Assembly (NCBI GenBank): GCA_045807825.1
Contig: JBJMGO010000135.1
Coordinates: 1 to 31,626 of the forward strand
DNA: 31,626 nt
DNA from: Pyrinomonadaceae bacterium
Lineage (GTDB): Bacteria > Acidobacteriota > Blastocatellia > Pyrinomonadales > Pyrinomonadaceae
Reading direction: 5' to 3'
Part shown: piece by piece, positions 1 through 8,844 of the stretch
How positions within the stretch are numbered: position 1 is the first letter of the stretch
Layout: the number at the start of each line of letters is the position of its first letter
Notes under the pieces: model-generated
Told to the model about the DNA's origin: nothing
Database searches by the model: none
Seen by the model: only the letters and a program-made list of their open reading frames with translations
Position numbers and translations under genes: made by a program

Positions 1-518
1 CCGTCCGTGTCGTTCCAGATCTCCGGCCCGGTCGTGCGGTAGTGTGCGGCGGGGTTCGCCGGATGCTCGTATTGATCGGGATAAAACGAATTCGGCGTCT
101 GCTCATGTATCCGCCGCGCAGTCTCGTGGTAGTGTTCCGGCGTTCCCGGCTTTGCTGCGGCGGGGACGACAATCACATCGGCACCCATCGCTTTGAGATA
201 ACGCACCTTCTCAACCGAGACCTTATCCGTTAAAACAAAGATGCACTTGTACCCGCGAACCGCCGCCGTCAGCGCAAGACCGATTCCTGTGTTGCCGCTG
301 GTCGCCTCAACGATGGTCCCGCCGGGCTTGAGAACGCCCTTCTCCTCGGCCCAGTCGATCATGGAAACGCCGATCCTATCCTTGACCGAGTAGCCGGGAT
401 TCAGGCTCTCCATCTTGGCGTAGATCCGCGCCTTGATCTTAAGTTCCTTTGTGATGTTGCTGATCCTCACCATCGGCGTGTTGCCGATCAAACCGAGGAC
501 GTTTTCGTGAAATCTCAT
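1..518 (-). CDS. PLP-dependent cysteine synthase / cystathionine beta-synthase family protein (3' end runs off the window)
   Basis: Not in the ORF track. Manual translation from ATG at 518 gives [19 protein letters not shown]...[16 protein letters not shown] (PLP-lysine motif)...[12 protein letters not shown]; the frame is open to the window edge. Confidence 0.92.
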   Translation of the reverse strand, partial: MRFHENVLGLIGNTPMVRISNITKELKIKARIYAKMESLNPGYSVKDRIGVSMIDWAEEKGVLKPGGTIVEATSGNTGIGLALTAAVRGYKCIFVLTDKVSVEKVRYLKAMGADVIVVPAAAKPGTPEHYHETARRIHEQTPNSFYPDQYEHPANPAAHYRTTGPEIWNDTD

Positions 519-581
519 TTACTTCGAGAGTTTATTCGACCTGAGACGTGTGGGCAAGATAGAGGCGGTCGTGGAGCAGTC

Positions 582-1082
582 TCAATACTCGTAAACCTCG
601 ACCCGCTTGAATTTACCCTTTCGGATCTTCACGACGTAGATCACGCCGTACTCAGTGTCAGGCATTTTTACAAAGACCTCTTTGCCCATCAATGCATTGA
701 CCAGCATCGGGATCGTATTACTGTGTCCCGCGATCAGGAAGTGCTGGGTCTTGCTCTTCAAAATGAGGTCGACAAGCTCGGCCTGCTTTACCGGGTCGTA
801 GGTTTGAATCTGCTTGTGCCGCTCCTCGGCGATCGGCTGCACGGTCTCCTGCACTCGCTTATAAGCCGTCGCGTAGATCTCGTGCGGCTTGTACTTTTTG
901 ACCAGTTTCACCAAGCGTTTTGCACGGGCCTGCCCCTCCGGTGAGAGATCGGGATCCCCCGTCTTGTCCATTGCGGTCTCACCTGCTTTCTCCGCATGGC
1001 GGACGAGGACGATCGTCTTATTCTGCGCCACCGCCGACCCGCACAAGACGAGGGACAAAACGAATAAGTACACGAGCTTCAT
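582..1082 (-). CDS. Secreted histidine phosphatase / phosphoglycerate mutase family protein
   Basis: Signal peptide MKLVYLFVLSLVLCGSAVA, LVRHAEK catalytic-His motif and IAGHSNT second His. Start moved from 1187 to ATG 1082 so the signal peptide is N-terminal and the divergent gene is not overlapped. Confidence 0.85.
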   Translation of the reverse strand: MKLVYLFVLSLVLCGSAVAQNKTIVLVRHAEKAGETAMDKTGDPDLSPEGQARAKRLVKLVKKYKPHEIYATAYKRVQETVQPIAEERHKQIQTYDPVKQAELVDLILKSKTQHFLIAGHSNTIPMLVNALMGKEVFVKMPDTEYGVIYVVKIRKGKFKRVEVYEY

Positions 1083-1174
1083 AGCGATACAGCTAATCCT
1101 AGCAGATTTAGTCGCGGCGTAATTCTCTGCTAAACTCACACAAAATCGACAGCCTGCTCCCCTCGGACAAACAT

Positions 1175-2686
1175 ATGAAACTGCCAAAGGTCTCGCTCAC
1201 CTGGAAGATCATGCTCGGCCTCGCTCTCGGCATTTTTCTCGGGTGGGCGATCCACGAGGCCGACATCGCCTCGCCGGATCATCATGTGCTTGGGATCGAG
1301 ACCGCAACGCTCCTGGCATTCATTAGGTCGCTGTCGACCCTCTTTCTCAATCTCATCAAATCGATCATCGCCCCGTTGATATTTGCGACTCTCGTCGTCG
1401 GTATCGCGGGCACGGGCGACATAAAGCAGGTCGGCCGAATGGGCGCAAAATCGCTGCTCTACTTTGAGATCGTCACGACTCTTGCCCTCGTGATCGGCCT
1501 CGCGGCGGTGAATATCGTACAGCCCGGAAAGGGCGTCTCGCTCGCCGGCGTCTCAAAAACCGACGACAAGGCGACGCTTGGCAAGAAAGCACAGGACGCC
1601 TCAAAGGAAGCCTCTACGGCAGCGGCAAAGGCCGAGGAGCTGCGTGCTAAAAGCGACCCTGCGTCACTTGCCGAGGGTGAGAAGTACGCGGCGACGGCGA
1701 TCCAAAAATCGACAGAGGCCTCCGACGCCGCCTCAAGAGCCCTCACCGCTCCCGACCCGCCCGCAAAGCCAAAAGCTTTTGCCGATATCATCGGGCATCT
1801 CTCGCCGACATCGATCATCCAGGCGATGGCGGAAGGCGACGTCCTCGGAATAGTGATCTTCTCCGTCATTTTTGCGCTCGCGTGTACTGCGATCGGCAAA
1901 AAGGCGAAGCCCGTACTCGACTGGTGCCAATCGCTAGCGGACGTAATGTTTCGCTTTACGGAATACGTGATGAAGTTCGCTCCCGTCGGCGTCGGTGCGG
2001 CGATGGCGTACACGGTCGCGCATAACGAGAAAGGATTGGGCGTACTCACGAACCTCGGTGCGCTCGTGCTCACGCTTTATGGGGCATTGATCGTGTTCGC
2101 TCTCCTCGTCCTGCTCCCCATAGCGCTGATCTTCCGCGTGCCGCTCAGGGACTTTTTCAATGCGGTTAAAACGCCTGCGACGATCGCGTTTGCCACCACC
2201 TCATCGGAGTCCGCGCTTCCACGTGCGATGGAGAATCTCGCCCGTCTCGGCGTGCCGCGACGAATTGTCGGATTTGTCCTGCCGACCGGCTACAGCTTTA
2301 ACCTCGACGGCACCACTCTGTATCTCTCGCTGGCGTCGATCTTTGTCGCACAGGCCGCGGGGGTCGAGTTGTCATGGACCCAACAGATCGTCATGCTCGC
2401 GACCCTGATGCTTACGTCGAAAGGCGTCGCCGGCGTCCCGCGTGCGTCGCTCGTGATCCTGCTCGGCACGCTTGCGTCATTCGCCCTGCCGGTCGAGGGC
2501 GTCATTCTCATCCTGGGCGTCGACGAGCTGATGGATATGGCACGCACGATGATCAACGTTATCGGCAACTGCCTCGCCACCGTCGTCATCGCGAAGTGGG
2601 AAAATGCCTTTCGCAACGAAGAATGGGAACGCGAGGAACGCGAGCTCCAGGCCGTCACCGGTCAACCCGGCCTCGCCACTGCATAA
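1175..2686 (+). CDS. Dicarboxylate/amino acid:cation symporter (GltP/DctA, DAACS family)
   Basis: HP1 AFATTSSESALP, TM7 TGYSFNLDGT, HP2 TSKGVAGVP and TM8 DELMDMARTMINVIGN. The TM8 Arg fits acidic substrates; Asn in place of the Na1 Asp fits H+ coupling. Confidence 0.95.
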   Translation: MKLPKVSLTWKIMLGLALGIFLGWAIHEADIASPDHHVLGIETATLLAFIRSLSTLFLNLIKSIIAPLIFATLVVGIAGTGDIKQVGRMGAKSLLYFEIVTTLALVIGLAAVNIVQPGKGVSLAGVSKTDDKATLGKKAQDASKEASTAAAKAEELRAKSDPASLAEGEKYAATAIQKSTEASDAASRALTAPDPPAKPKAFADIIGHLSPTSIIQAMAEGDVLGIVIFSVIFALACTAIGKKAKPVLDWCQSLADVMFRFTEYVMKFAPVGVGAAMAYTVAHNEKGLGVLTNLGALVLTLYGALIVFALLVLLPIALIFRVPLRDFFNAVKTPATIAFATTSSESALPRAMENLARLGVPRRIVGFVLPTGYSFNLDGTTLYLSLASIFVAQAAGVELSWTQQIVMLATLMLTSKGVAGVPRASLVILLGTLASFALPVEGVILILGVDELMDMARTMINVIGNCLATVVIAKWENAFRNEEWEREERELQAVTGQPGLATA

Positions 2687-2727
2687 GTCTTTTTTTGAGG
2701 ACAGTTTGGCGTTAGAATAGACGCGTT

Positions 2728-3315
2728 ATGATGCGACCCGATCTGGTCACAACCCCGTCAATGCCTGAGCCACGACAACTGCGGTTCTCAGTCGATGATT
2801 TTTACAAGATGATCGAGATGGGGATGATCGACGACTACGAGCAGTCGGAGATCATCGATGGTCGCATGGTGAAGAAGATGACTATTGGAGACAGACACGG
2901 TTTCGTCGTCGACATGCTCGCGGAATTTTTCTTTTCCCTTTCCTTGGCGAATGTCCGGATTCGTATCCAAAACCCTCTCCGCGTTGACGACTTTGACGAA
3001 CCCGAGCCTGACATCGTTCTCGCGGACCTGACAAAGTACGACGGACGACGTCATCCCACACCGGCCGAGACAATTCTAGTTATCGAGGTTGCGGATGCGA
3101 GTCTAAAATACGACCGCGATACTAAGCTGGCCCTCTATGCCTCTGCCGAGATCCCTGAGGTTTGGATAGTTAACCTGCCAAACGACCTGATCGAGGTGCA
3201 TCACCAACCGGCAGCGGGCATCTACCAGCGGGCAGACATTTTCAGGAGCGGCGACACACTGCGATCCTCGGTGCTGCCTGAGCTATCACTGGCGGTCAGC
3301 GACATTCTCGTGTAA
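2728..3315 (+). CDS. Uma2 family (DUF820) putative endonuclease-fold protein
   Basis: FSVDDFYKM...EIIDG N-terminus, EPEPDIV, LVIEVADASLKYDRDTKLALYA and IPEVWIVNL are typical Uma2 motifs. Confidence 0.92.
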   Translation: MMRPDLVTTPSMPEPRQLRFSVDDFYKMIEMGMIDDYEQSEIIDGRMVKKMTIGDRHGFVVDMLAEFFFSLSLANVRIRIQNPLRVDDFDEPEPDIVLADLTKYDGRRHPTPAETILVIEVADASLKYDRDTKLALYASAEIPEVWIVNLPNDLIEVHHQPAAGIYQRADIFRSGDTLRSSVLPELSLAVSDILV

Positions 3316-3324
3316 GCACAACCT

Positions 3325-4581
3325 CTAAGGCTGCTTGTAGACCGTACCGCCTTTCATCACAAACCTCACCTTTCCGAGCGAAGAGATGTCGTGCGTCGGA
3401 TCGCCCTCGACCGCGATGAGGTCCGCGAATAGGCCATTCTTTACCTGACCGATCCTGTCCTCCTGCCGCAGAACTTTGGCATCGACCGATGTGGCGGAGC
3501 GAAGAGCGTCGAGCAGCGGCATTCCCCAGCTCACCATCGCCTCGATCTCACGTGCGTTGTCCCCGTGGGCAAAAACACCGACGTCGCTGCCGCTCGCTAT
3601 GATGACGCCTGACTTGAGAGCATCTGCGAAGACCACTTTCTTCTTCTCGATGCTAGGTCCCGAGGCGACAGCTAGCGTCGGGCACAGAGCTGTCCCGCGG
3701 TCCTTCATCATCTGAAAAAGCTCGAGCGTGCCGCCGTCGCCGTGCTCGATCGTGTCCACACCCGCGAGAATGGCGCGTCGCATTCCCTCGGTGCTCGTCG
3801 CGTGTGCTGCGACCGGGACACCGGCGCTGTGTGCGATCTGGACTGCAACATTTAATTCCTCTTGCGTGAATGTCGCGTGCGCCGCACCGCCCGTACCAAA
3901 CCTGTAATCGGCATAAAGCTTCACCCAGTCGGCTCCCTTACCTATCTGGTCGCGTACAACGCGACTCATCTCCTCGACGCCCGACACCTCTTCGCCGCCC
4001 TGCGGCACGTCCCACTCGGGAGCGTAGCCTTTTGGGCCATAGGTGTGGCTCGCGACGATCGCACGCGTCACTACAAACATCCGGGGACCGGGAATGATGC
4101 CCTGATTCACCGCCTGTTTTAAACCGACGTCGCTGTAACCCGCGCCCTCCGTCCCGAGATCGCGAACGGTCGTAAACCCCGCCATCAGCGTGCTGCGAAG
4201 GTGATTCGTCGCCCTCGCGATCCTCAGTGCCATAGCCTCGTGCGCGACCTGATCGTTCCACGGCGTCTCCGAGTATGGATGAAGCAGCATGTGCGAATGC
4301 GCCTCGATCAGGCCCGGCATCAACGTAAGATTTGGCAGGTCGATCGTCGTGGCGTCCGCCGGAGCTTTTACGTCGCTCGCGGGGCCAACGGATTCGATCC
4401 TTTCGCCACGCACCACCAAGACCCAGCCGCGGTGCAGCTCGGCCGACGTGCCGTCAAAGATCGCCGCCGGCCTTAGCAGGTAGACCGTGTCGGGAGCCTT
4501 CGCCTGTTGAGCTTCGATAGATGTCATCGGGAAAGAGAAGCATGCCACGAGTACCACACCCGTCAAAATTGCTTTACGCAT
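3325..4581 (-). CDS. Secreted metal-dependent amidohydrolase (Xaa-Pro dipeptidase-like subgroup)
   Basis: Signal peptide; PGLIEAHSH (HxH), [27 protein letters not shown] and SGSDVG form the amidohydrolase metal-ligand set. Confidence 0.92.
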   Translation of the reverse strand: MRKAILTGVVLVACFSFPMTSIEAQQAKAPDTVYLLRPAAIFDGTSAELHRGWVLVVRGERIESVGPASDVKAPADATTIDLPNLTLMPGLIEAHSHMLLHPYSETPWNDQVAHEAMALRIARATNHLRSTLMAGFTTVRDLGTEGAGYSDVGLKQAVNQGIIPGPRMFVVTRAIVASHTYGPKGYAPEWDVPQGGEEVSGVEEMSRVVRDQIGKGADWVKLYADYRFGTGGAAHATFTQEELNVAVQIAHSAGVPVAAHATSTEGMRRAILAGVDTIEHGDGGTLELFQMMKDRGTALCPTLAVASGPSIEKKKVVFADALKSGVIIASGSDVGVFAHGDNAREIEAMVSWGMPLLDALRSATSVDAKVLRQEDRIGQVKNGLFADLIAVEGDPTHDISSLGKVRFVMKGGTVYKQP

Positions 4582-4647
4582 TCATCACACCTACCGAATT
4601 AAATTTGAGCGACTTTGTGTTTCAGAACACAGGTTACAACAAAAGGA

Positions 4648-7332
4648 TCACGGTTCAACCTCCGCGGGAAAGATCGCGGCCTTGTACTTGTTGTAGAGGA
4701 ATGAGACGAAGAGCAGCAGCAGTCCGAGCGAGACGAACAAGAGTGTCTTTGGAATGGTGCCGAGCTCGGTGATGTCGTAGAAAAATAGCTTTAGCAGCGT
4801 GACGGCGAGCAGGGCGATGCCGGCGATTCTGAGGTGCTTCTTCATCTTCCACATCCCAAGACTGATGAGGGCGAGAGCGAAGATGCCCCAGAGGATACTC
4901 AACCCGTATTTGTCTGCATCGTGCAGATGCATCTGGTCGGCGTCATTGATCAATTCACAGCTTGAGACGACCAGCAATGTCGGATAGAGCAGCGCGTCAA
5001 ATGCAAGCGATCGCCAGGTGCGTGCCGAAACACCGTCAAGCAAGCTATCACGCGTGTACTCGAACAAAACCACGAGCAGTGCCCCGATGAACGTGTACGT
5101 GACATATCGCGCCGCGATGTTCATTCCACTCGTCCCGAATAGCCCGAGCGTCTCTCCCGTAACGTAGCTCGCTCGCAGCTCTGCAGCGGCAAACATACCG
5201 ACCGTCGACACGATGCCGATCGTGAAGACTGAGAGCGCAATGTCGACAACGGCAACCTTGAGCGAGCGGACGAAGCGCAGAGCCACGATACCCATCAAGG
5301 TAAGGAAGAGTGCGGTGTAGTTCATTTGCGCCAGCGTGTCGAACCAGTTCAGGTCCATTCGCTGTACGCCCGATAGACCAGGCGTTTGACGAGCCAATCC
5401 GAAGTATGCCGCGATCTCGATCCGAAACGTGTTGTAGAATGCGAAAACCGCCACGCCGGCCAGTAACGTCGCGACCGCTCTTGAAAATTCAACCGGCAGT
5501 ACCGACAGGTCGCGCGAGCGCTTGTCGATCCGATAAAAAGCGGCTGCACACGCGACGAATACAAGACCCGTGATCACGTCGCCGTTGAGGAACGGCGTGC
5601 GGCCCGGCACATTCACGATCTCTCCCCAATTCGCCATGAGGCTGACCGCCGCGAGCGCCATCACGGGGTAGCCCAAATATTCAAAGAATCTCGCGCCGCG
5701 CAAACGCGCAAAATACAGGAGTGCGACGGCCTCTACGGACCAGACCAAAGTGATCGGCCGCCCGTCGAACTGTATCGGGATCGAGATCGTCGTAAAGGTG
5801 ACGATCAGAACAACGAGGCACTGCACGACGTCAACCGCGGCGGCACGCCAACGGCTGACGATCTGTACCACTAGCGAGTGAAAGACGGCATTCGCGGCCG
5901 TGTACAAACCTTCCCACTGCTGTAGCTCGGCCCGGCTGTCCATGATCGCGTAGCCGAATCCGTAAAAGACGAAGGAGTTCGTCATCAAGAAGGCCGTGCT
6001 CTCCGCCGTCCCGATCTCGTCCGTCACAAGCCGGTAGACGAGCGTCGAGACGTAGTAAATGAGAAAGAACGTCAGAGCCGCGACCCAGGCGATTGTGAAG
6101 TGCTCATCCGGCAAGTAGTGATTCGCAAACCACGCGCCGAATATGACCCACGTCATCGGAAACGTGACAAAAACGAGCACCCGTCCGTAAAAGTTGTATG
6201 ACGTCAGCAGTATCGCCAGCGCAAAGACGCCGATGAACGAGAAGTATGTCCAGTACTGCGATGTCGCGAGAGCAGGGTCGCCGATCGCCAACGCAAAAAT
6301 AAAAAAGATCACCGCCGTAGCGATGATCGAGACGATGTTCTCCCCGTCACTGAGCTCGCGGTGGATCATTCCATGCACGATCTTTGTCGAATAAAGGATC
6401 GCGAAGAATAACCCGAGAAACGTCAGCGCGAGCTCAAAGTGCGCGGGCGTGTATTTGAGCGCAAACCACGAGCCGAATATCAACCACGTAAATCCCGACG
6501 CCGTGTAAAAGATCGCTCTCCATGACTTTTTCAACGCGATGGCTAAGATGCCGACGTTGATGACAGCCATGTAGGTAAAAAGACCCGCATAGTTGCCCGC
6601 GTCCCTGCTCAACAGGAAAGGCACCGCATACGCGCCGACAAGACCTATGTGTGCGATCACCTGGCGCGAATACAAAAGTGCCGCCGCTACGGTAAACACC
6701 GTAAACATCGCCATCAAGCCAAACGCTACCGGTTGAGGCAGCAGCCCGTACGCTGTGTACGCGAAGTACGTGATGAAGTACATCGTCGCGAGCCCACCGC
6801 TCATCAGCACCGCGCTAAAGTTGTAATATTTCGACTTCAGACGCAGGGCGAATACGATCAGCGCAACGCCCGCGGCGTAGCCGAGAGCGATCCTCGCCAC
6901 CGGACTGATGAGATCGTTATCGACTGCGTATTTTGCAAAGATGCCAAAGCCGAGCACGAGGACGATGATCCCGATCTTGCTGATGAGATTCTCCCCGATG
7001 AACTTCTCGAGATCGGCTCTCGCCTTCTCGCTCGTGCGGTTGAGGTAATCGGAGACGAAGCTTGGTTTTGGTGTTTCGTGATCGGCCGTGCTGCCGGTAG
7101 ATGCTTCGCTGTAGCCGAACGACGGCGGAGGCGGAATGTGCACGTGCGGACGTGTCCCGCCCGGAGGCACGGGCGCCGTAGGTGTCGGCGGCGTGAGCGG
7201 ACGCGTTTGATTTCGCAGCCGGCTCAGCTCGTTCCGTATAGCACTGACCTCAGTTTGAAAACTGATCTGGGTGTGAATGAGACTCTCGAGCCTCATTTCC
7301 AGTTCGGCTATTTTTGCGTCGCTATCAGCCAT
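4648..7332 (-). CDS. DUF2339 domain-containing polytopic membrane protein
   Basis: N-terminal coiled coil and Pro-rich linker, then LEKFIGENLISKIGIIVL, many TM helices and a C-terminal KLFFYDI...FVSLGLLLL. ATG 7332 preferred over TTG 7338. Confidence 0.88.
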   Translation of the reverse strand: MADSDAKIAELEMRLESLIHTQISFQTEVSAIRNELSRLRNQTRPLTPPTPTAPVPPGGTRPHVHIPPPPSFGYSEASTGSTADHETPKPSFVSDYLNRTSEKARADLEKFIGENLISKIGIIVLVLGFGIFAKYAVDNDLISPVARIALGYAAGVALIVFALRLKSKYYNFSAVLMSGGLATMYFITYFAYTAYGLLPQPVAFGLMAMFTVFTVAAALLYSRQVIAHIGLVGAYAVPFLLSRDAGNYAGLFTYMAVINVGILAIALKKSWRAIFYTASGFTWLIFGSWFALKYTPAHFELALTFLGLFFAILYSTKIVHGMIHRELSDGENIVSIIATAVIFFIFALAIGDPALATSQYWTYFSFIGVFALAILLTSYNFYGRVLVFVTFPMTWVIFGAWFANHYLPDEHFTIAWVAALTFFLIYYVSTLVYRLVTDEIGTAESTAFLMTNSFVFYGFGYAIMDSRAELQQWEGLYTAANAVFHSLVVQIVSRWRAAAVDVVQCLVVLIVTFTTISIPIQFDGRPITLVWSVEAVALLYFARLRGARFFEYLGYPVMALAAVSLMANWGEIVNVPGRTPFLNGDVITGLVFVACAAAFYRIDKRSRDLSVLPVEFSRAVATLLAGVAVFAFYNTFRIEIAAYFGLARQTPGLSGVQRMDLNWFDTLAQMNYTALFLTLMGIVALRFVRSLKVAVVDIALSVFTIGIVSTVGMFAAAELRASYVTGETLGLFGTSGMNIAARYVTYTFIGALLVVLFEYTRDSLLDGVSARTWRSLAFDALLYPTLLVVSSCELINDADQMHLHDADKYGLSILWGIFALALISLGMWKMKKHLRIAGIALLAVTLLKLFFYDITELGTIPKTLLFVSLGLLLLFVSFLYNKYKAAIFPAEVEP

Positions 7333-7418
7333 ATTCAAGCAGCGGCTGCAAAAAGCCAGCCTGGGAAGTTGCCTGATTGTAGCTCAACTGCCTGAACCCC
7401 GGGAAAAAGAATGTCTGG

Positions 7419-7835
7419 CTACTTGTCGCTGCGGATGAAATGCAGGTAGTGCCCCTTTGCGTCCTTGATAGTGAGGGTGCTGCCTTTGACGTTGGCGGAT
7501 GCGGCGCTTTGGAGAGTGTTGAAGAAGTCTCTTTCAAAGGTGGTGGTCGGCTCGTCGCAAGCGCGCATGGTAGAGATGATATCGGTGATCGCGAGTTTGC
7601 CCTTCTCACCAGAGTAGCTGCCGCCGTACGCGTTGCAGCCTGTATTGCCGCCGAGATTCCCGTTCGGCTTAATCAGCAGAGTCGTCGCGACGCCCTTCAG
7701 CGGGTGCTCGGTTGTCGCTCCAAATTTGTATTCATCAAGCTGCCATTTGCCTGCTGGCAGAGATTGCGCGGCGGCCATGCCGGCCATGGCGCCCATAGCA
7801 GAGAGCAGCATCAGTACGGTTAACAAAATCCTCAT
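7419..7835 (-). CDS. META domain (HslJ-like) secreted protein
   Basis: Signal peptide, GGNTGCNAYGGSY and ISTMRAC (two conserved Cys); GGAGG Shine-Dalgarno upstream. Confidence 0.92.
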   Translation of the reverse strand: MRILLTVLMLLSAMGAMAGMAAAQSLPAGKWQLDEYKFGATTEHPLKGVATTLLIKPNGNLGGNTGCNAYGGSYSGEKGKLAITDIISTMRACDEPTTTFERDFFNTLQSAASANVKGSTLTIKDAKGHYLHFIRSDK

Positions 7836-7889
7836 CAGAGAACCTCCAGTTCATACTAAGAACGTCCGCGAAAAAGCGAACTTGCATGT

Positions 7890-8636
7890 TTATAGGCTGA
7901 TGCGAGTGACCGACGGGATCTTTACGCTGAAGGCAGTCTTAGCAGCTTTTTTCATCGCCGCCGTGCTGCCGGTGGTGAGGAATTCGTCCAGGCCGCGGCT
8001 GCGTGCGATCTTTTGACGTTTGAGAAGTTCGACCAGCTCCTCGGCTGGATCAATAAAACTTACGTTTGGCGCGTGCTGTCGGAGGACACCGAGGATCGCA
8101 GGATAATGCGTGCACGCGAGCAGCACGTGCGAGCATCCGCGAAGCGGCCGCAGGATGCGCCGCGCCTCTGAATGTAACTGGGCCGAGGAGACGTCACCCG
8201 ACTCGATCAACGCGGAAAGCGGTTGTGCGATCCGCTGGCGAATGCCAATTCCGCGTTTTGCAAAAGCGATGCGAATAACGCCCGAGACGACCGTTCGCCG
8301 CCCGCCGATGAGGCCAAGCTTTTGCGGACGAAGCTTCGCCGTCATCGCGACTGCAGGTTCGATAACTCCGATCACAGCGACGCCGTGGTCACTCAGATCA
8401 CCGATCGCCGTGCTGGCCGCGTTGCAGCCGATGACGACATGCGTCACACCTCGCGACTTTAGATATTCGATCACTGCGTCCAGCCGCAAAGCGAGCTGCA
8501 CACGCGACATCTTCCCATACGGTACAGCACCCGTGTCGGAAAAGTATGTCACCGGCACGCCGCGCATTCGGTCCTTGATCAACTTGTAAACGCTGATCCC
8601 ACCGATGCCCCAGTCGATTATTCCAATCCTAGACAT
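7890..8636 (-). CDS. murI: Glutamate racemase
   Basis: IGIIDWGIGG, YFSDTGAVPYG, VIGCNAAS and LACTHYP, with both catalytic Cys present. Start moved to ATG 8636 (MSRIGIID). Confidence 0.85.
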   Translation of the reverse strand: MSRIGIIDWGIGGISVYKLIKDRMRGVPVTYFSDTGAVPYGKMSRVQLALRLDAVIEYLKSRGVTHVVIGCNAASTAIGDLSDHGVAVIGVIEPAVAMTAKLRPQKLGLIGGRRTVVSGVIRIAFAKRGIGIRQRIAQPLSALIESGDVSSAQLHSEARRILRPLRGCSHVLLACTHYPAILGVLRQHAPNVSFIDPAEELVELLKRQKIARSRGLDEFLTTGSTAAMKKAAKTAFSVKIPSVTRISL

Positions 8637-8645
8637 AAGAAGAGT

Positions 8646-8723
8646 AACCACGAAACAACACGAAATCGCACAAAAAAGAAGCATCCGCTTTTGGTGTGCT
8701 TTCGTGCAATTCGGTTTTGCGGT
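8646..8723. repeat. REP-like imperfect palindrome built from CACGAAA / TTTCGTG units
   Basis: CACGAAA at 8649 and 8659 and CACAAAA at 8669 (10-nt period), mirrored by TTTGGTG, TTTCGTG (8700) and more degenerate copies. Confidence 0.6.
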
Positions 8724-8792
8724 GACAAGCGTGGGACAAAGCTAGGACAAGAATGGGTTCGAAACTTAGAAGCCCAGTATTGTCAATATTTA

Positions 8793-8830
8793 CCTGTCCC
8801 ATGCCAGGTAATGGCATGGCGTGGGACAGG
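8793..8830. other. Stem-loop downstream of the S9 peptidase gene
   Basis: CCTGTCCCA (8793-8801) pairs with TGGGACAGG (8822-8830); inner TGCCA/TGGCA stem. Confidence 0.6.
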
Positions 8831-8844
8831 CGGATGCGACAACA

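Noticed and set aside
1-518. Functional linkage of the cysteine synthase/CBS gene with the Cys/Met PLP enzyme at 25959
   Set aside because: They are about 25 kb apart with unrelated genes between, and no shared regulatory motif was seen.
2728-3315. Uma2 gene as a sign of a mobile or defence island
   Set aside because: No methyltransferase, integrase, terminal repeats or compositional break is evident; Uma2 paralogs are commonly scattered singletons.
7890-8636. CNAAS instead of the usual CNTAS in MurI, suggesting altered racemase specificity
   Set aside because: It is a single substitution with both catalytic Cys and the other motifs intact, which is too little to claim a new activity.
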